Shown: positions 18,513 to 28,618 of the stretch, in pieces
How the letters are laid out: each line of letters begins with the position of its first letter
Numbering within the stretch: the stretch's first letter is position 1
DNA from: Bacteroidota bacterium
GTDB lineage: Bacteria > Bacteroidota > Bacteroidia > NS11-12g > UBA955
Length of the DNA: 64,000 bases
Direction: 5' to 3'
Assembly (NCBI GenBank): GCA_023957335.1
Contig: JAMLHC010000002.1
Span: 322,809 to 386,808 of the forward strand
Position numbers and translations under genes: made by a program
The notes under the pieces: generated by a model
What the model saw: only the letters and a program-made list of their open reading frames with translations
Told to the model about the DNA's origin: nothing
Databases searched by the model: none

Positions 18513-21500
18513 CTACATGCTTCGTCTATATTGTCCGCCTACATTGAACAAAGCATCGGTTATTTGTCCCAAAGAGCATATTTTACCTGCTTCCATCAAT
18601 TCCGCAAAAATATTTTGGTTGTGGATTGCAGCAGATTGCAATTTCTTTAAGGCTACTCCGGTCAATTTCTCATTGCGTTTATGCAGATTTTCAAGCATTG
18701 CTATTTGATAATCCTTTTCTTCTTGTGTGGCTCTAATAACTTCTTTTGGGACAACAGTAGGCGACCCCTTGCTGCTCAAGAATGTATTGACACCAATAAT
18801 CGGAAATTCACCGGTCTGTTTTAATCTTTCATAATACAAACTCTCTTCTTGAATCGTACTGCGCTGATACATCGTTTCCATAGCTCCGAGCACTCCCCCT
18901 CTATCTGTAATCCTATCAAACTCAGCATATACAGCCTCTTCCACAAGGTCTGTCAACTCTTCTATGATGAACGAACCTTGAAGTGGATTTTCATTCTTAG
19001 CCAAACCTAATTCTCTATTAATAATCAACTGAATTGCCATAGCCCTACGCACAGACTCTTCGGTAGGGGTAGTGATAGCTTCATCATAGGCATTGGTGTG
19101 TAATGAATTACAGTTATCATATATAGCGTAAAGTGCTTGCAATGTGGTTCGAATGTCGTTAAAATCAATTTCTTGTGCATGTAATGAGCGACCACTGGTT
19201 TGGATATGATACTTGAGCATTTGAGAACGAGGGTCTGCACCATATTTCATTTTCATTGCTTTTGCCCAAATCCTTCTTGCCACGCGCCCAATTACAGCAT
19301 ATTCAGGGTCAATTCCATTACTGAAAAAGAAAGATAAGTTAGGTCCAAAATCATCAATATTCATCCCCCTTGACAGATAATATTCTACATAAGTAAAACC
19401 ATTGGAAAGGGTGAATGCAAGCTGGGTAATGGGGTTTGCTCCTGCTTCTGCAATGTGGTATCCGGAAATTGAAACGGAATAAAAGTTTCTGATTGACTTT
19501 TTGATAAAATATTCCTGTACATCTCCCATAAGTCGCAGGGCAAATTCAGTACTAAAAATACATGTGTTTTGTGCTTGGTCTTCTTTCAAAATATCTGCTT
19601 GAACAGTTCCGCGCACTTGTGCCAATGTTTGAGCTTTGATTTTTCCATAAACCTCTTTTGGCAACACCTGATCGCCCGTTACCCCGAGCAGCATCAAACC
19701 AAGTCCGTCATTACCTTCGGGCAATTCTCCTTGGTATTGAGGAATGGGCTGCCCATAGCCTTTATATAGTTTTTCTATCTTCTTCTTTATCTCTTTCTCA
19801 AGACCGTTTTCTTTGATATAAAGTTCACATTGCTGGTCTATGGCGGCATTCATAAAGAAAGAAAGCAACATAGGCGCGGGTCCGTTGATAGTCATTGAAA
19901 CAGAAGTTTTTGGATTGGCGAGATCAAAACCGCTATAGAGTTTTTTGGCATCATCCAAACAACAGATACTCACACCTGCATTTCCAATTTTGCCATAAAT
20001 ATCAGGACGCAAATCAGGGTTTCTGCCATACAAGGTAACAGAGTCAAAAGCTGTTGAAAGTCGTTTTGCCGGCATTCCCTTGCTTACATAATGGAAACGC
20101 TTGTTGGTTCTTTCCGGACCGCCTTCTCCGGCAAACATTCTGGTTGGGTCTTCGCCTTCTCTCTTAAAAGGATAAATCCCTGCAGCGTATGGAAATTCTC
20201 CGGGAAAATTTTCAGTCAATACCCAAAACACGATATCGCCCCAACTGCTGAAGCGTGGAACTGCAATTTTCGGTATCTGAGAATGTGAAAGAGACTCTGT
20301 ATGAGTCTGAATTTTAATTTTTTTATCGCGAACCTGGAAAACAAAATATTCGTCCTTAAAGGCTTGTACTTTTTTAGCCCATTGAACAATAATGTCCCAA
20401 TTATGTGGATTTAAGTTCTTTTTTTCTTTGTGAAACTGAGCTACTAATTTCTTCAAAATATCATCAGAGCCTTTGTAATTAGGGTTTGTGAGCAAATCAT
20501 CTCCACCAAAACTCAGCACAGCTTGGTACAACCCATACAACCTACCGGCAAACCCAGACTGTACTTTTGCAGTGTTGTTATAATTTCTGTTGTTTTCGGT
20601 AATTTCGCTCAAATAACGGGTTCTATTGGGTGGTATGATATATACCTTTTCCGAAGATTCTTGTGTTAGCGCCACTCCTGAACCAAATTTGGCGCCTGTC
20701 TTCTTTTCAATCACAGTAATCAAACTGTGATAGAGGTTATTCATACCCGGATCGTTAAATTGTGAAGCAATAGTGCCAAACACCGGCATATCCTCCGGTT
20801 TTGCATGAAATAGTTTATGGTTTCTTTGGAATTGTTTTTTAACATCTCTGAGTGCATCCAAAGCACCTTTCTTGTCAAATTTATTCAATGCAATCACATC
20901 GGCAAAGTCAAGCATATCAATCTTCTCCAGTTGAGAAGCAGCACCATATTCAGGAGTCATCACATACAGAGCCACATCGGCATGTTCTGTAATTTCACTG
21001 CCCGATTGTCCGATTCCGGATGTTTCCAGAATAATCAAATCAAAATGAGCACTCTTGAGCACCTCTATAGCATCATCCACATGTTGACTCAAAGAAAGAT
21101 TGCTTTGACGTGTTGCCATAGAACGCATGAATACACGTTCATCGTTGATGGAATTCATTCTGATTCTGTCACCTAACAATGCACCACCGGTCTTTCTCTT
21201 GCTAGGATCAACCGAAACTATTGCAATAGTTTTATTGGGAAAATCATTGAGGTATCTTCGCACAAATTCGTCCACAAGACTTGATTTGCCTGCCCCTCCT
21301 GTGCCGGTAATCCCCAGCACCGGAATCTTAGATTGACTTGCGATGGCTTTATATATTTCCTTGAATTTTTTGGGGTTGTTTTCAGCCAAGGAAATCAATC
21401 GTGAAATGGTATTTTCATCTCTTTTTGCTAATAACTTTTTAATTTTATCGATGCTTGGAACAGCCGGTTTCGTGTCATAAGCCTTGTCAACTCTTTGCAT

Positions 21501-21917
21501 TAGGTCATTAATCATCCCTTGCAACCCCATGCTTCTACCGTCATCCGGAGAATAGATTCTGTCAATCCCATATTTCATCAAATCTTTGATTTCTTTAGGG
21601 AGAATAACACCACCACCACCACCAAATATTTTGATATGTCCTGCGCCTCGTTCTTTGAGTAAGTCATACATGTATTTAAAATACTCATTATGACCACCTT
21701 GATAACTCGTCATTGAAATGGCATCAGCATCTTCTTGAATAGCAGTATTCACAACCTCAAGCGCACTCCTGTCGTGTCCGAGATGAATCACTTCGGCTCC
21801 TGTTGATTGAATAATTCTACGCATAATATTGATGGCAGCATCGTGACCATCGAACAAAGATGCGGCAGTAACAATACGAATTTTGTGTTTGGGTGTATAT
21901 ATTTCAGGTTCTTTCAT
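18513..21917 (-). CDS. icmF: fused isobutyryl-CoA mutase-like protein (B12-binding domain + MeaB-type G-protein + acyl-CoA mutase catalytic domain)
   Basis: Domains in N-to-C order. B12-binding: [24 protein letters not shown] (DxHxxG). MeaB/ArgK GTPase: [17 protein letters not shown]-loop. Large methylmalonyl-CoA-mutase-like TIM-barrel domain. Start set at MKEPEIY. Confidence 0.8.
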   Translation of the reverse strand: MKEPEIYTPKHKIRIVTAASLFDGHDAAINIMRRIIQSTGAEVIHLGHDRSALEVVNTAIQEDADAISMTSYQGGHNEYFKYMYDLLKERGAGHIKIFGGGGGVILPKEIKDLMKYGIDRIYSPDDGRSMGLQGMINDLMQRVDKAYDTKPAVPSIDKIKKLLAKRDENTISRLISLAENNPKKFKEIYKAIASQSKIPVLGITGTGGAGKSSLVDEFVRRYLNDFPNKTIAIVSVDPSKRKTGGALLGDRIRMNSINDERVFMRSMATRQSNLSLSQHVDDAIEVLKSAHFDLIILETSGIGQSGSEITEHADVALYVMTPEYGAASQLEKIDMLDFADVIALNKFDKKGALDALRDVKKQFQRNHKLFHAKPEDMPVFGTIASQFNDPGMNNLYHSLITVIEKKTGAKFGSGVALTQESSEKVYIIPPNRTRYLSEITENNRNYNNTAKVQSGFAGRLYGLYQAVLSFGGDDLLTNPNYKGSDDILKKLVAQFHKEKKNLNPHNWDIIVQWAKKVQAFKDEYFVFQVRDKKIKIQTHTESLSHSQIPKIAVPRFSSWGDIVFWVLTENFPGEFPYAAGIYPFKREGEDPTRMFAGEGGPERTNKRFHYVSKGMPAKRLSTAFDSVTLYGRNPDLRPDIYGKIGNAGVSICCLDDAKKLYSGFDLANPKTSVSMTINGPAPMLLSFFMNAAIDQQCELYIKENGLEKEIKKKIEKLYKGYGQPIPQYQGELPEGNDGLGLMLLGVTGDQVLPKEVYGKIKAQTLAQVRGTVQADILKEDQAQNTCIFSTEFALRLMGDVQEYFIKKSIRNFYSVSISGYHIAEAGANPITQLAFTLSNGFTYVEYYLSRGMNIDDFGPNLSFFFSNGIDPEYAVIGRVARRIWAKAMKMKYGADPRSQMLKYHIQTSGRSLHAQEIDFNDIRTTLQALYAIYDNCNSLHTNAYDEAITTPTEESVRRAMAIQLIINRELGLAKNENPLQGSFIIEELTDLVEEAVYAEFDRITDRGGVLGAMETMYQRSTIQEESLYYERLKQTGEFPIIGVNTFLSSKGSPTVVPKEVIRATQEEKDYQIAMLENLHKRNEKLTGVALKKLQSAAIHNQNIFAELMEAGKICSLGQITDALFNVGGQYRRSM

Positions 21918-21975
21918 AACAGAGGAGTCTATTTTGAGACGCGCAAAATTATAAAATTGAGTGGTAAAAACACAC

Positions 21976-24198
21976 TCAAAAACCGAGTTTGGGAAGTTGA
22001 AGGTCACTTTCCTGTTTTGGGGCACATTCCCACAAAGGCTTTTTACCACCTAAATCAGGTACATCAAGAGGGTCAAGTCTAATATCAAGTTCATTGTCAA
22101 CCAGAACTGCTTTGATAAAGTTAGCAAATATAGGTAAGGCGGAGTTTGCTCCTTGTCCCAAATTAGTACTTCTGAATCGCACTGCTCTGCTGTCGCACCC
22201 CACCCAAGTAGCAGTAACAAGGTCTCGGGTTACTCCCATAAACCAACCGTCAGAATTGCTCTGCGTAGTTCCGGTCTTGCCCCCGATAGTACCTGCAATT
22301 TTATACCTCCCCCTTAGTCTGGCTCCGGTACCATAGTTAACAGCACCTTCCAAGAATTTGAAAATAGTGTAAGCCTTTTCTTCGGTCAATACTTGATTAA
22401 TCTTAGTGGGGGCAAACTCAGCAAGCACATTGCCATTTTTGTCTTCAATTCGGGTAATAAACGTGGGTTCAATCCATGTTCCTTTGTTAGCAAACACACT
22501 GAACGCACTCGCCATCTCCATTACGGAAATGTCACACACCCCCAGACATATAGAATAAACAGCTTGCAACTTCGCACTGTCAATGCCCATTTTGCGTACA
22601 AAATCAACGACATTCTGAGGGCCTGATTCTCCTAAACTCTTCATCAACTGTGCTGTATATAGATTATCTGATTGAGCCAGCCCCATGGACATATTCATGA
22701 ACCCTCCACTGCTTCCATCAGAGTTTTTGGGCGACCAAGTTTGAGCTCCTTCAATAAAGAAAGTAGTTTGTTCTCGAGGAAAATACTCGCATGGGTCTGC
22801 TCCCAGATAAAGTGAAGAAGCATAGAAAAGTGGCTTAAAAGTAGAACCAACCTGTCTTGTAGCACTCTTATTCACATGGTCATATTGGAAGTATTTATGA
22901 TTGATTCCGCCCACCCATGCTTTGATTTGACCTGAGTGCGGGTCAATAGCAATAAATCCTGTTTGCAAGAATTGCGCATAGTATTTAACAGAATCCAATG
23001 GACTCATAATGGTATCTTTTTCACCTTGCCAAGAAAACAGTGTCATCTTCACCGGTTTGTGCATTTCCTTCCAAATCAAAGCAGAATCACCATCAAATTC
23101 CGCACGCAAACTCCTATACCTGTCTGTCTTTTTAGCCTCCATTTCAGGAAAGCTTTTAAGTTCAGCCCATGTTTCAGTCCGCCATGGTACTCTATTGCCC
23201 CAACTTTTATAAAAATCTTCTTGCAAAGTAGCCAAGTGGGATCTAACAGCTTGTTCCGCATGCTCCTGCATACGTGAGTTCACAGTAGTATAGATTTTCA
23301 ATCCGTCTTTATACAAATCCAAACCTTTTTCTTTACACCAAGGAATCAGGATTCTTTTCATATACTCTCTAAAATAGGGCGCCAATCCATCATTGTGTGA
23401 ATCTTCAACATAGTCTAAAACAATAGGCAAGGTTTTTAAACTGTCAAAAGCTTCGTGTGTCACAAATTTATATTTTGCCATTTGCGACAGCACGACATTC
23501 CTTCGTTTGAGAGAGTTGTCAGGATTGGTTTTGGGACTATATTTTGAAATTGCTTTGAGCACTCCTACCAGAACTGCTGATTCTTCAACATTCAAATCAA
23601 TGGGTTCCTTATTAAAAAATTCTTTAGCGGCAGATTTGATACCGTAAGAATGACCTGAGAATTGAACAGTATTGAGATACATAGTGATGATCTCGTCTTT
23701 GGTATATGCCCTTTCCAATTCAACCGCTATAATCCACTCTTTGAGTTTTTGGATAACCCTCTTGAGTTTATTGCTATAATCGGGATCATGAAAAAGATTT
23801 TTCGCCAACTGTTGCGTAATTGTACTGCCGCCACCTGAGCCACCGGCACTTGCAATGGCACGCGCCAAACTTCTGAAATCGATACCCGCATGTTTTGCAA
23901 AACGAATATCCTCAGTAGCAATAAGGGCATCATACATAAAATGACTGATTTGTGCATGAGAGACGTTGGAGCGGTTTTTATAAAAATATTTACCTAACAC
24001 AACTCCGTCCTCAGCATAAATTTCGGATGCGATTTCACTTTTAGGGTTTTCAAGCTCAATGATATCAGGCATTTTCCCCAACATGCCTTGACTGATTCCA
24101 AACATAAATAGAAAGCCAAATACAATGGAACCGGCAAGAGAAATCCACAATATTAAAAGTACTTTTTTCAACTTATTTGAATTCTGCACGGGGTTCAA
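21976..24198 (-). CDS. mrcA: penicillin-binding protein 1A (bifunctional glycosyltransferase/transpeptidase)
   Basis: N-terminal TM helix. GT51 motifs [12 protein letters not shown] and GGSTITQQL. Transpeptidase motifs STFKP and KTGTT. Confidence 0.9.
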   Translation of the reverse strand: MNPVQNSNKLKKVLLILWISLAGSIVFGFLFMFGISQGMLGKMPDIIELENPKSEIASEIYAEDGVVLGKYFYKNRSNVSHAQISHFMYDALIATEDIRFAKHAGIDFRSLARAIASAGGSGGGSTITQQLAKNLFHDPDYSNKLKRVIQKLKEWIIAVELERAYTKDEIITMYLNTVQFSGHSYGIKSAAKEFFNKEPIDLNVEESAVLVGVLKAISKYSPKTNPDNSLKRRNVVLSQMAKYKFVTHEAFDSLKTLPIVLDYVEDSHNDGLAPYFREYMKRILIPWCKEKGLDLYKDGLKIYTTVNSRMQEHAEQAVRSHLATLQEDFYKSWGNRVPWRTETWAELKSFPEMEAKKTDRYRSLRAEFDGDSALIWKEMHKPVKMTLFSWQGEKDTIMSPLDSVKYYAQFLQTGFIAIDPHSGQIKAWVGGINHKYFQYDHVNKSATRQVGSTFKPLFYASSLYLGADPCEYFPREQTTFFIEGAQTWSPKNSDGSSGGFMNMSMGLAQSDNLYTAQLMKSLGESGPQNVVDFVRKMGIDSAKLQAVYSICLGVCDISVMEMASAFSVFANKGTWIEPTFITRIEDKNGNVLAEFAPTKINQVLTEEKAYTIFKFLEGAVNYGTGARLRGRYKIAGTIGGKTGTTQSNSDGWFMGVTRDLVTATWVGCDSRAVRFRSTNLGQGANSALPIFANFIKAVLVDNELDIRLDPLDVPDLGGKKPLWECAPKQESDLQLPKLGF

Positions 24199-26849
24199 AG
24201 ATAGGTTTTAAGAAAGTACTGCTGGTAGTCGTCCCATATTTTTTCTTTTAACAGAATAGCAAAATTTTCTTTTGAAATAAATAGAAAATTCTTCTTGTCA
24301 TTGCCGGACTTAATCTTCTTAATAAACGCTTCATTTGCCAGAATGTCTTCAATATATTTTTTAACTTCCTGTTGTTTAGTAAAACCTGCTACAATAAGTG
24401 CACGAGTATCAGTACCCACAAAGGATGTAGTAATTTGCAGTCCCATATCTGAACGGAAGTCACGATTAAAATCAGAGAATGAAATTTTTACTATATTCAT
24501 GTCCATACCGGGTGCCAATTTGATGATAAAATAATATTCTTCTGACTCTGTCCCTTTTTTAAATTTATACGCTTTATTTTGTTGTTGATTATTTTGCGAA
24601 CTACCGACAGAATCAATACCCATCAATCGCTCATAAGCTCTTACCCTATCATCAGCTAAATCTCCTAATGGGGTGCCGGAGTAGTTTGCTGCGAGATTTC
24701 CCATGATGGTATAATATTCTTTCATCTTTTTTTGTTTCACCATAATCAAACCATAAACATATTCAAACTGACCTTCCAAATCATTGCCTGGATACTTTGT
24801 TTTCACACTGTCATATATAGCAATGGCATTAGAATAATCACCTTCGTTATATTTTTGATAATATTGCTCATACAAGTCGTTCACTATATCCTCCGGAGTG
24901 TTTCTACCTCCAATAACCTTCCCATTATTATCCAATAGTTGAAGAAATTTGCTTTCGGGAAACTCTTTTGCCAATAGCTCTTTTAAGGATGCAACTTTGC
25001 TTGTATTCCCCTCACTCTCATAGAGTTTAATCAACAAATAAATGATATTTTCTCGATAGGAGTTATTCTTCCATTTATTCAAAAATTGTTCAAATAATTC
25101 TTTTGCTTTGTTTGGCTCAGAGAGCTTGTCTCTATATATGGTTCCGGCTTTAAAATAACTTTCACCTAAACTTGATTCAGCTTTTTCTTGTGATTTGACA
25201 TCGAAGGGCACAGTTGCAAAGTATTTTTGGTCTTCTTTGCCAACATCATCTGGTATTTTTTTAGTTACAAACTCAGAACTGTCAGTTGCAGTATGAGAAC
25301 TTGTATCAGTTGGAATATTCTTCTTTGTAACTTCGTTGTTGTCTGTTTGTGCAATGCTCTGAATACGCCAGAAATCTCCCAATTGTCGATTGCCCCATAA
25401 TTGAACAAAATCGCCTTCCCCTTTGGATTTGAGTTGTGGATTGTAAAACGGAAAACGCGAGTCTGTTCCTTTGTTCTGCACATTGTTTTGACCGGGTACA
25501 CCTGCAAATGGGTCATTAAAGTTTTGATTCTGGAAAGGGTCATTCTTTCTATTCTCTTCCTCTTCTTTCTTTTTCTTTTCTTCGTCTTTGATTTTCTTCA
25601 AAGTTTCCTTACGGAAATTTGCATCTCGTGCCAATCGCAACATACTGTCTTGATATGAAATATTGACAAGATTGGTAATCAACTCTGTTAACACTATATG
25701 ACGGGTGCTGATAGTTTGGTAATCGGGTGATTCCGGATTCAAAACTTGCACTGCACTGTCGTAATATTTTTGAGCAAATTGAAAATTACTTTGTTCAAAA
25801 TAGAGTTCAGCAACCAACAAATATATTTGAGATTGCAATGGTTTGTTATTTTTTGAAAATGACAGCGCTTTTCTAAAATTATCCAGAGCTGATTTTTTAT
25901 TCCCTTGTTGAAGTTCTATCATCCCTAATTCGTAATAAATTTGGTCAAGCAAGTCTAAGTTTTTGTCATCTTTCAACATGCGCGTCAATATGCTTTGCCC
26001 TTTCTTTACGTCATTGATGGGAGGCTGGGTATAGAGTCTCACCATGTTTATTCTCGCATAAAAGTTAAACTCATAAGGAGAATTAGCTTTGATTACTTTA
26101 TTAAAATAGCGAATAGCCACTTCGGGTTGATTGTTGCGCATGGCGAGCTGACCGGCAACAAAATTCCTGCGGTATTTGTAGTCTCTACTACTGAGTAGGG
26201 GCATAGCTTTTTTGAGTCGATCATACGCTTCAACATATTTACCTTGTTTAATCAATCCTTCTGCACTCACAAGGAACAACTCTTTTTTTAATTTTTTTGG
26301 GAAAGATTTGTCGGCAAGCATCAAATCCGAAACCGCAACTGCTTCGTCATATTTCTCAAGCATGATAAAGGATTTGATAATCCAGATTTCAGCTTCATAA
26401 GCAACGGGAGTGTTTTTATACGTATTGGCAACATATTCAAATGCTTCCAGAGCAGCAAAGAAATCAGCTTTAAAAAAATCAGCTTTTCCAATCAATAACC
26501 AACTGTCATCCACCCATCTTCCCAATTGTCTGCGCGTGATGATATGATTGCACTTTTTGATAGCCTCGTCCATTTGAGGCGTATTGGCTTTGAGACTAGT
26601 TGGTTCAGAAAACGGAAATAAAGTAACAATGTCGGTAAAATTATCACGATGGGCAATTTCTGCATTCTTGAGTGCTTCTTTTACTTTCTCATTGGCATTA
26701 AAGAAGTAATTATAATGTGATACGGTATTGATATAGGCCCGTTTAAAAAAGCCCGCTTTTTTTTGAGCATTGAGTCCGGAATGTAAAAACATTGCCGACA
26801 CAAGCAGCAGGGGCATGAATAAACTTTTGTAATCGGTGATTGTTTTCAA
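24195..26849 (-). CDS. large TPR-repeat protein with signal peptide
   Basis: Many TPR-like A/Y/L repeats. K/E low-complexity segment (KKKKEEEENRK). Its stop overlaps the mrcA start in an ATGA arrangement. Confidence 0.6.
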   Translation of the reverse strand: MKTITDYKSLFMPLLLVSAMFLHSGLNAQKKAGFFKRAYINTVSHYNYFFNANEKVKEALKNAEIAHRDNFTDIVTLFPFSEPTSLKANTPQMDEAIKKCNHIITRRQLGRWVDDSWLLIGKADFFKADFFAALEAFEYVANTYKNTPVAYEAEIWIIKSFIMLEKYDEAVAVSDLMLADKSFPKKLKKELFLVSAEGLIKQGKYVEAYDRLKKAMPLLSSRDYKYRRNFVAGQLAMRNNQPEVAIRYFNKVIKANSPYEFNFYARINMVRLYTQPPINDVKKGQSILTRMLKDDKNLDLLDQIYYELGMIELQQGNKKSALDNFRKALSFSKNNKPLQSQIYLLVAELYFEQSNFQFAQKYYDSAVQVLNPESPDYQTISTRHIVLTELITNLVNISYQDSMLRLARDANFRKETLKKIKDEEKKKKEEEENRKNDPFQNQNFNDPFAGVPGQNNVQNKGTDSRFPFYNPQLKSKGEGDFVQLWGNRQLGDFWRIQSIAQTDNNEVTKKNIPTDTSSHTATDSSEFVTKKIPDDVGKEDQKYFATVPFDVKSQEKAESSLGESYFKAGTIYRDKLSEPNKAKELFEQFLNKWKNNSYRENIIYLLIKLYESEGNTSKVASLKELLAKEFPESKFLQLLDNNGKVIGGRNTPEDIVNDLYEQYYQKYNEGDYSNAIAIYDSVKTKYPGNDLEGQFEYVYGLIMVKQKKMKEYYTIMGNLAANYSGTPLGDLADDRVRAYERLMGIDSVGSSQNNQQQNKAYKFKKGTESEEYYFIIKLAPGMDMNIVKISFSDFNRDFRSDMGLQITTSFVGTDTRALIVAGFTKQQEVKKYIEDILANEAFIKKIKSGNDKKNFLFISKENFAILLKEKIWDDYQQYFLKTYL

Positions 26850-26903
26850 CTTTTCCTTTATAACTTTGAAACCGCGAAAATATTTTACTTCTGATAACTT
26901 TTC

Positions 26904-27800
26904 ATGAAAAACCCGAAAAAGCGTCCGAGTTGGATTAGAAAGCTACGCAATCGCTATCGTTTGATGCTTATCAACGAGTCTAATTTTCAAGAAAAAGCTA
27001 CTATCAGACTCACCCCTTTGAGTGTTTTAATGCTTTTTCTGGGTGGTTTTCTCTTGTTTTTTCTTATCAGCTGGCTAATGATTGTTGCCATTCCTCCACT
27101 TCGAGTTTATATGCCCGGTTATGAACATGATAGAGATAGGAAGCAAAAAAAAGAATTATTGGCGACACTCAATGATATTGAAAACTCTATTCATAAATTA
27201 GAAGAAAAGAAAGTGTTATTGGACATGCTTCTTCGTGGGGACAAACTCACTAAGACCGATATTGCAATGCTCCAAGACCAAATAGATGTGAACACTGAAT
27301 ATAAAGAACACGAGAAAATTATCAGTAATGACTCGTCCAATGACGACAAAGCACAAGCTTCGACTCTCTTTATGGAACCTTCTGAAAATGTTTTTGCCTA
27401 TACAGCAGAACAAAGCGGTCTAAGTCAAATGTCAGGGCTATTTTACCCCCCTATAACGGGCAAGGTAACATCCGTATTTGAAGCAAGCCAACATCCGGCA
27501 ATTGACATAGTTCCTAACAAAGACGAAACCGTAAAAGCCGCATTGGACGGAACAGTTATTTTGACAGGGTGGACGCCCGATTTTGGCAATGTAGTGTGTA
27601 TTCAACATCCGGACAATTGGATGACCGTGTATAAGCACTGTGCACAAGTTTTCAGCAAAAGAGGCGCCAGAGTTAATGCAGGTGAAGTAATTGGGGTGGT
27701 TGGCAATACCGGTAATTTATCCAGCGGACCTCACCTCCATTTTGAATTATGGCATAACGGAATCACCCTCAATCCCCTCAACTTTATTAGATTTAATTAA
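26904..27800 (+). CDS. M23 family peptidoglycan metalloendopeptidase (membrane anchored)
   Basis: N-terminal TM helix plus coiled coil. C-terminal M23 motifs HPAIDI...GNTGNLSSGPHLHFE. Confidence 0.85.
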   Translation: MKNPKKRPSWIRKLRNRYRLMLINESNFQEKATIRLTPLSVLMLFLGGFLLFFLISWLMIVAIPPLRVYMPGYEHDRDRKQKKELLATLNDIENSIHKLEEKKVLLDMLLRGDKLTKTDIAMLQDQIDVNTEYKEHEKIISNDSSNDDKAQASTLFMEPSENVFAYTAEQSGLSQMSGLFYPPITGKVTSVFEASQHPAIDIVPNKDETVKAALDGTVILTGWTPDFGNVVCIQHPDNWMTVYKHCAQVFSKRGARVNAGEVIGVVGNTGNLSSGPHLHFELWHNGITLNPLNFIRFN

Positions 27801-28567
27801 TGAAAAAAAATACTCTTGCTCTAAGTTGCATGACTTTGTGCTTGCTGGGTCTATTCTCTTGCTCCTCCGGCACTGAGTCAACTCAACAACCTAACGTTAC
27901 CACAAACAATCCGATAATAGAAGACCTCCCCCCCATTGAAAACAATACTCAAAAATCCGGCAGACCTCTCTCTTATGACCAATACCCATTTGGTTGCCCG
28001 ACAGTAGCCAATTTTGCTTTTACAAATGAGTGGAGAATCATTGACCGCTCAGGCACACGCGACATGGGATTTAGTGTATATCAAAAAGCCCTTTTGGATA
28101 TAAATAAATGTCTTCAACAAATTAACAACTATGTTCCGATTGCTAAACCCAAAATCAAAAAAACCAAATACATCAAGTACTTCAGTGAAGACGATTTAAC
28201 CTGCGACAATATTGCCACTACTGACAGCATCATTATCAAACTGCCAAATCTCGGCAAGTACAAGAGTTATTATGCCTTTGGTAATGTTCACAATGAAAGC
28301 GAAAGTGATTCAACAGTGTCACCTGACGGCTGTTCTGAATATGGAAACTTGGTTTTGATTGATTCTGCTTCAAATGAAGCCAAAGTTCTTAATCTTTATC
28401 TGATGAAACAGTTAGAAGACAAAATCTACTTGCGCTTATTTTATATTGATGAAAAAGAAACTATTCATATAATGGAAGTTAATTGTGACACCCGCGAATG
28501 TCATATATTGAATCAATTTACTGCTACAATTGACAATAGTGGCAGATTGCTTACTCAAAAAAAATAA
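27800..28567 (+). CDS. hypothetical lipoprotein
   Basis: Lipobox LGLFSCSS. Its start overlaps the M23 gene stop (TAATG). Confidence 0.45.
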   Translation: MKKNTLALSCMTLCLLGLFSCSSGTESTQQPNVTTNNPIIEDLPPIENNTQKSGRPLSYDQYPFGCPTVANFAFTNEWRIIDRSGTRDMGFSVYQKALLDINKCLQQINNYVPIAKPKIKKTKYIKYFSEDDLTCDNIATTDSIIIKLPNLGKYKSYYAFGNVHNESESDSTVSPDGCSEYGNLVLIDSASNEAKVLNLYLMKQLEDKIYLRLFYIDEKETIHIMEVNCDTRECHILNQFTATIDNSGRLLTQKK

Positions 28568-28600
28568 AAAAGCCGTCCGGCAATACCGAACGGCTTTTTA
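28565..28600. terminator. bidirectional rho-independent terminator between convergent genes
   Basis: AAAAAAGCCGTCCGG-caata-CCGAACGGCTTTTT. A 9-10 bp stem with one mismatch, flanked by an A-tract and a T-tract. Confidence 0.6.
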
Positions 28601-28618
28601 TCTTGATAAGCAGTCTCT

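Noticed and set aside
22094-23277. Multiple 60-110-aa ORFs from the track on both strands inside mrcA. The same applies to other small ORFs nested in icmF, the TonB-dependent receptor gene, the nuo genes and the M16 peptidase gene.
   Set aside because: They are antisense or out-of-frame inside long, motif-rich genes and show no start-context or family signal. Treated as random open frames.
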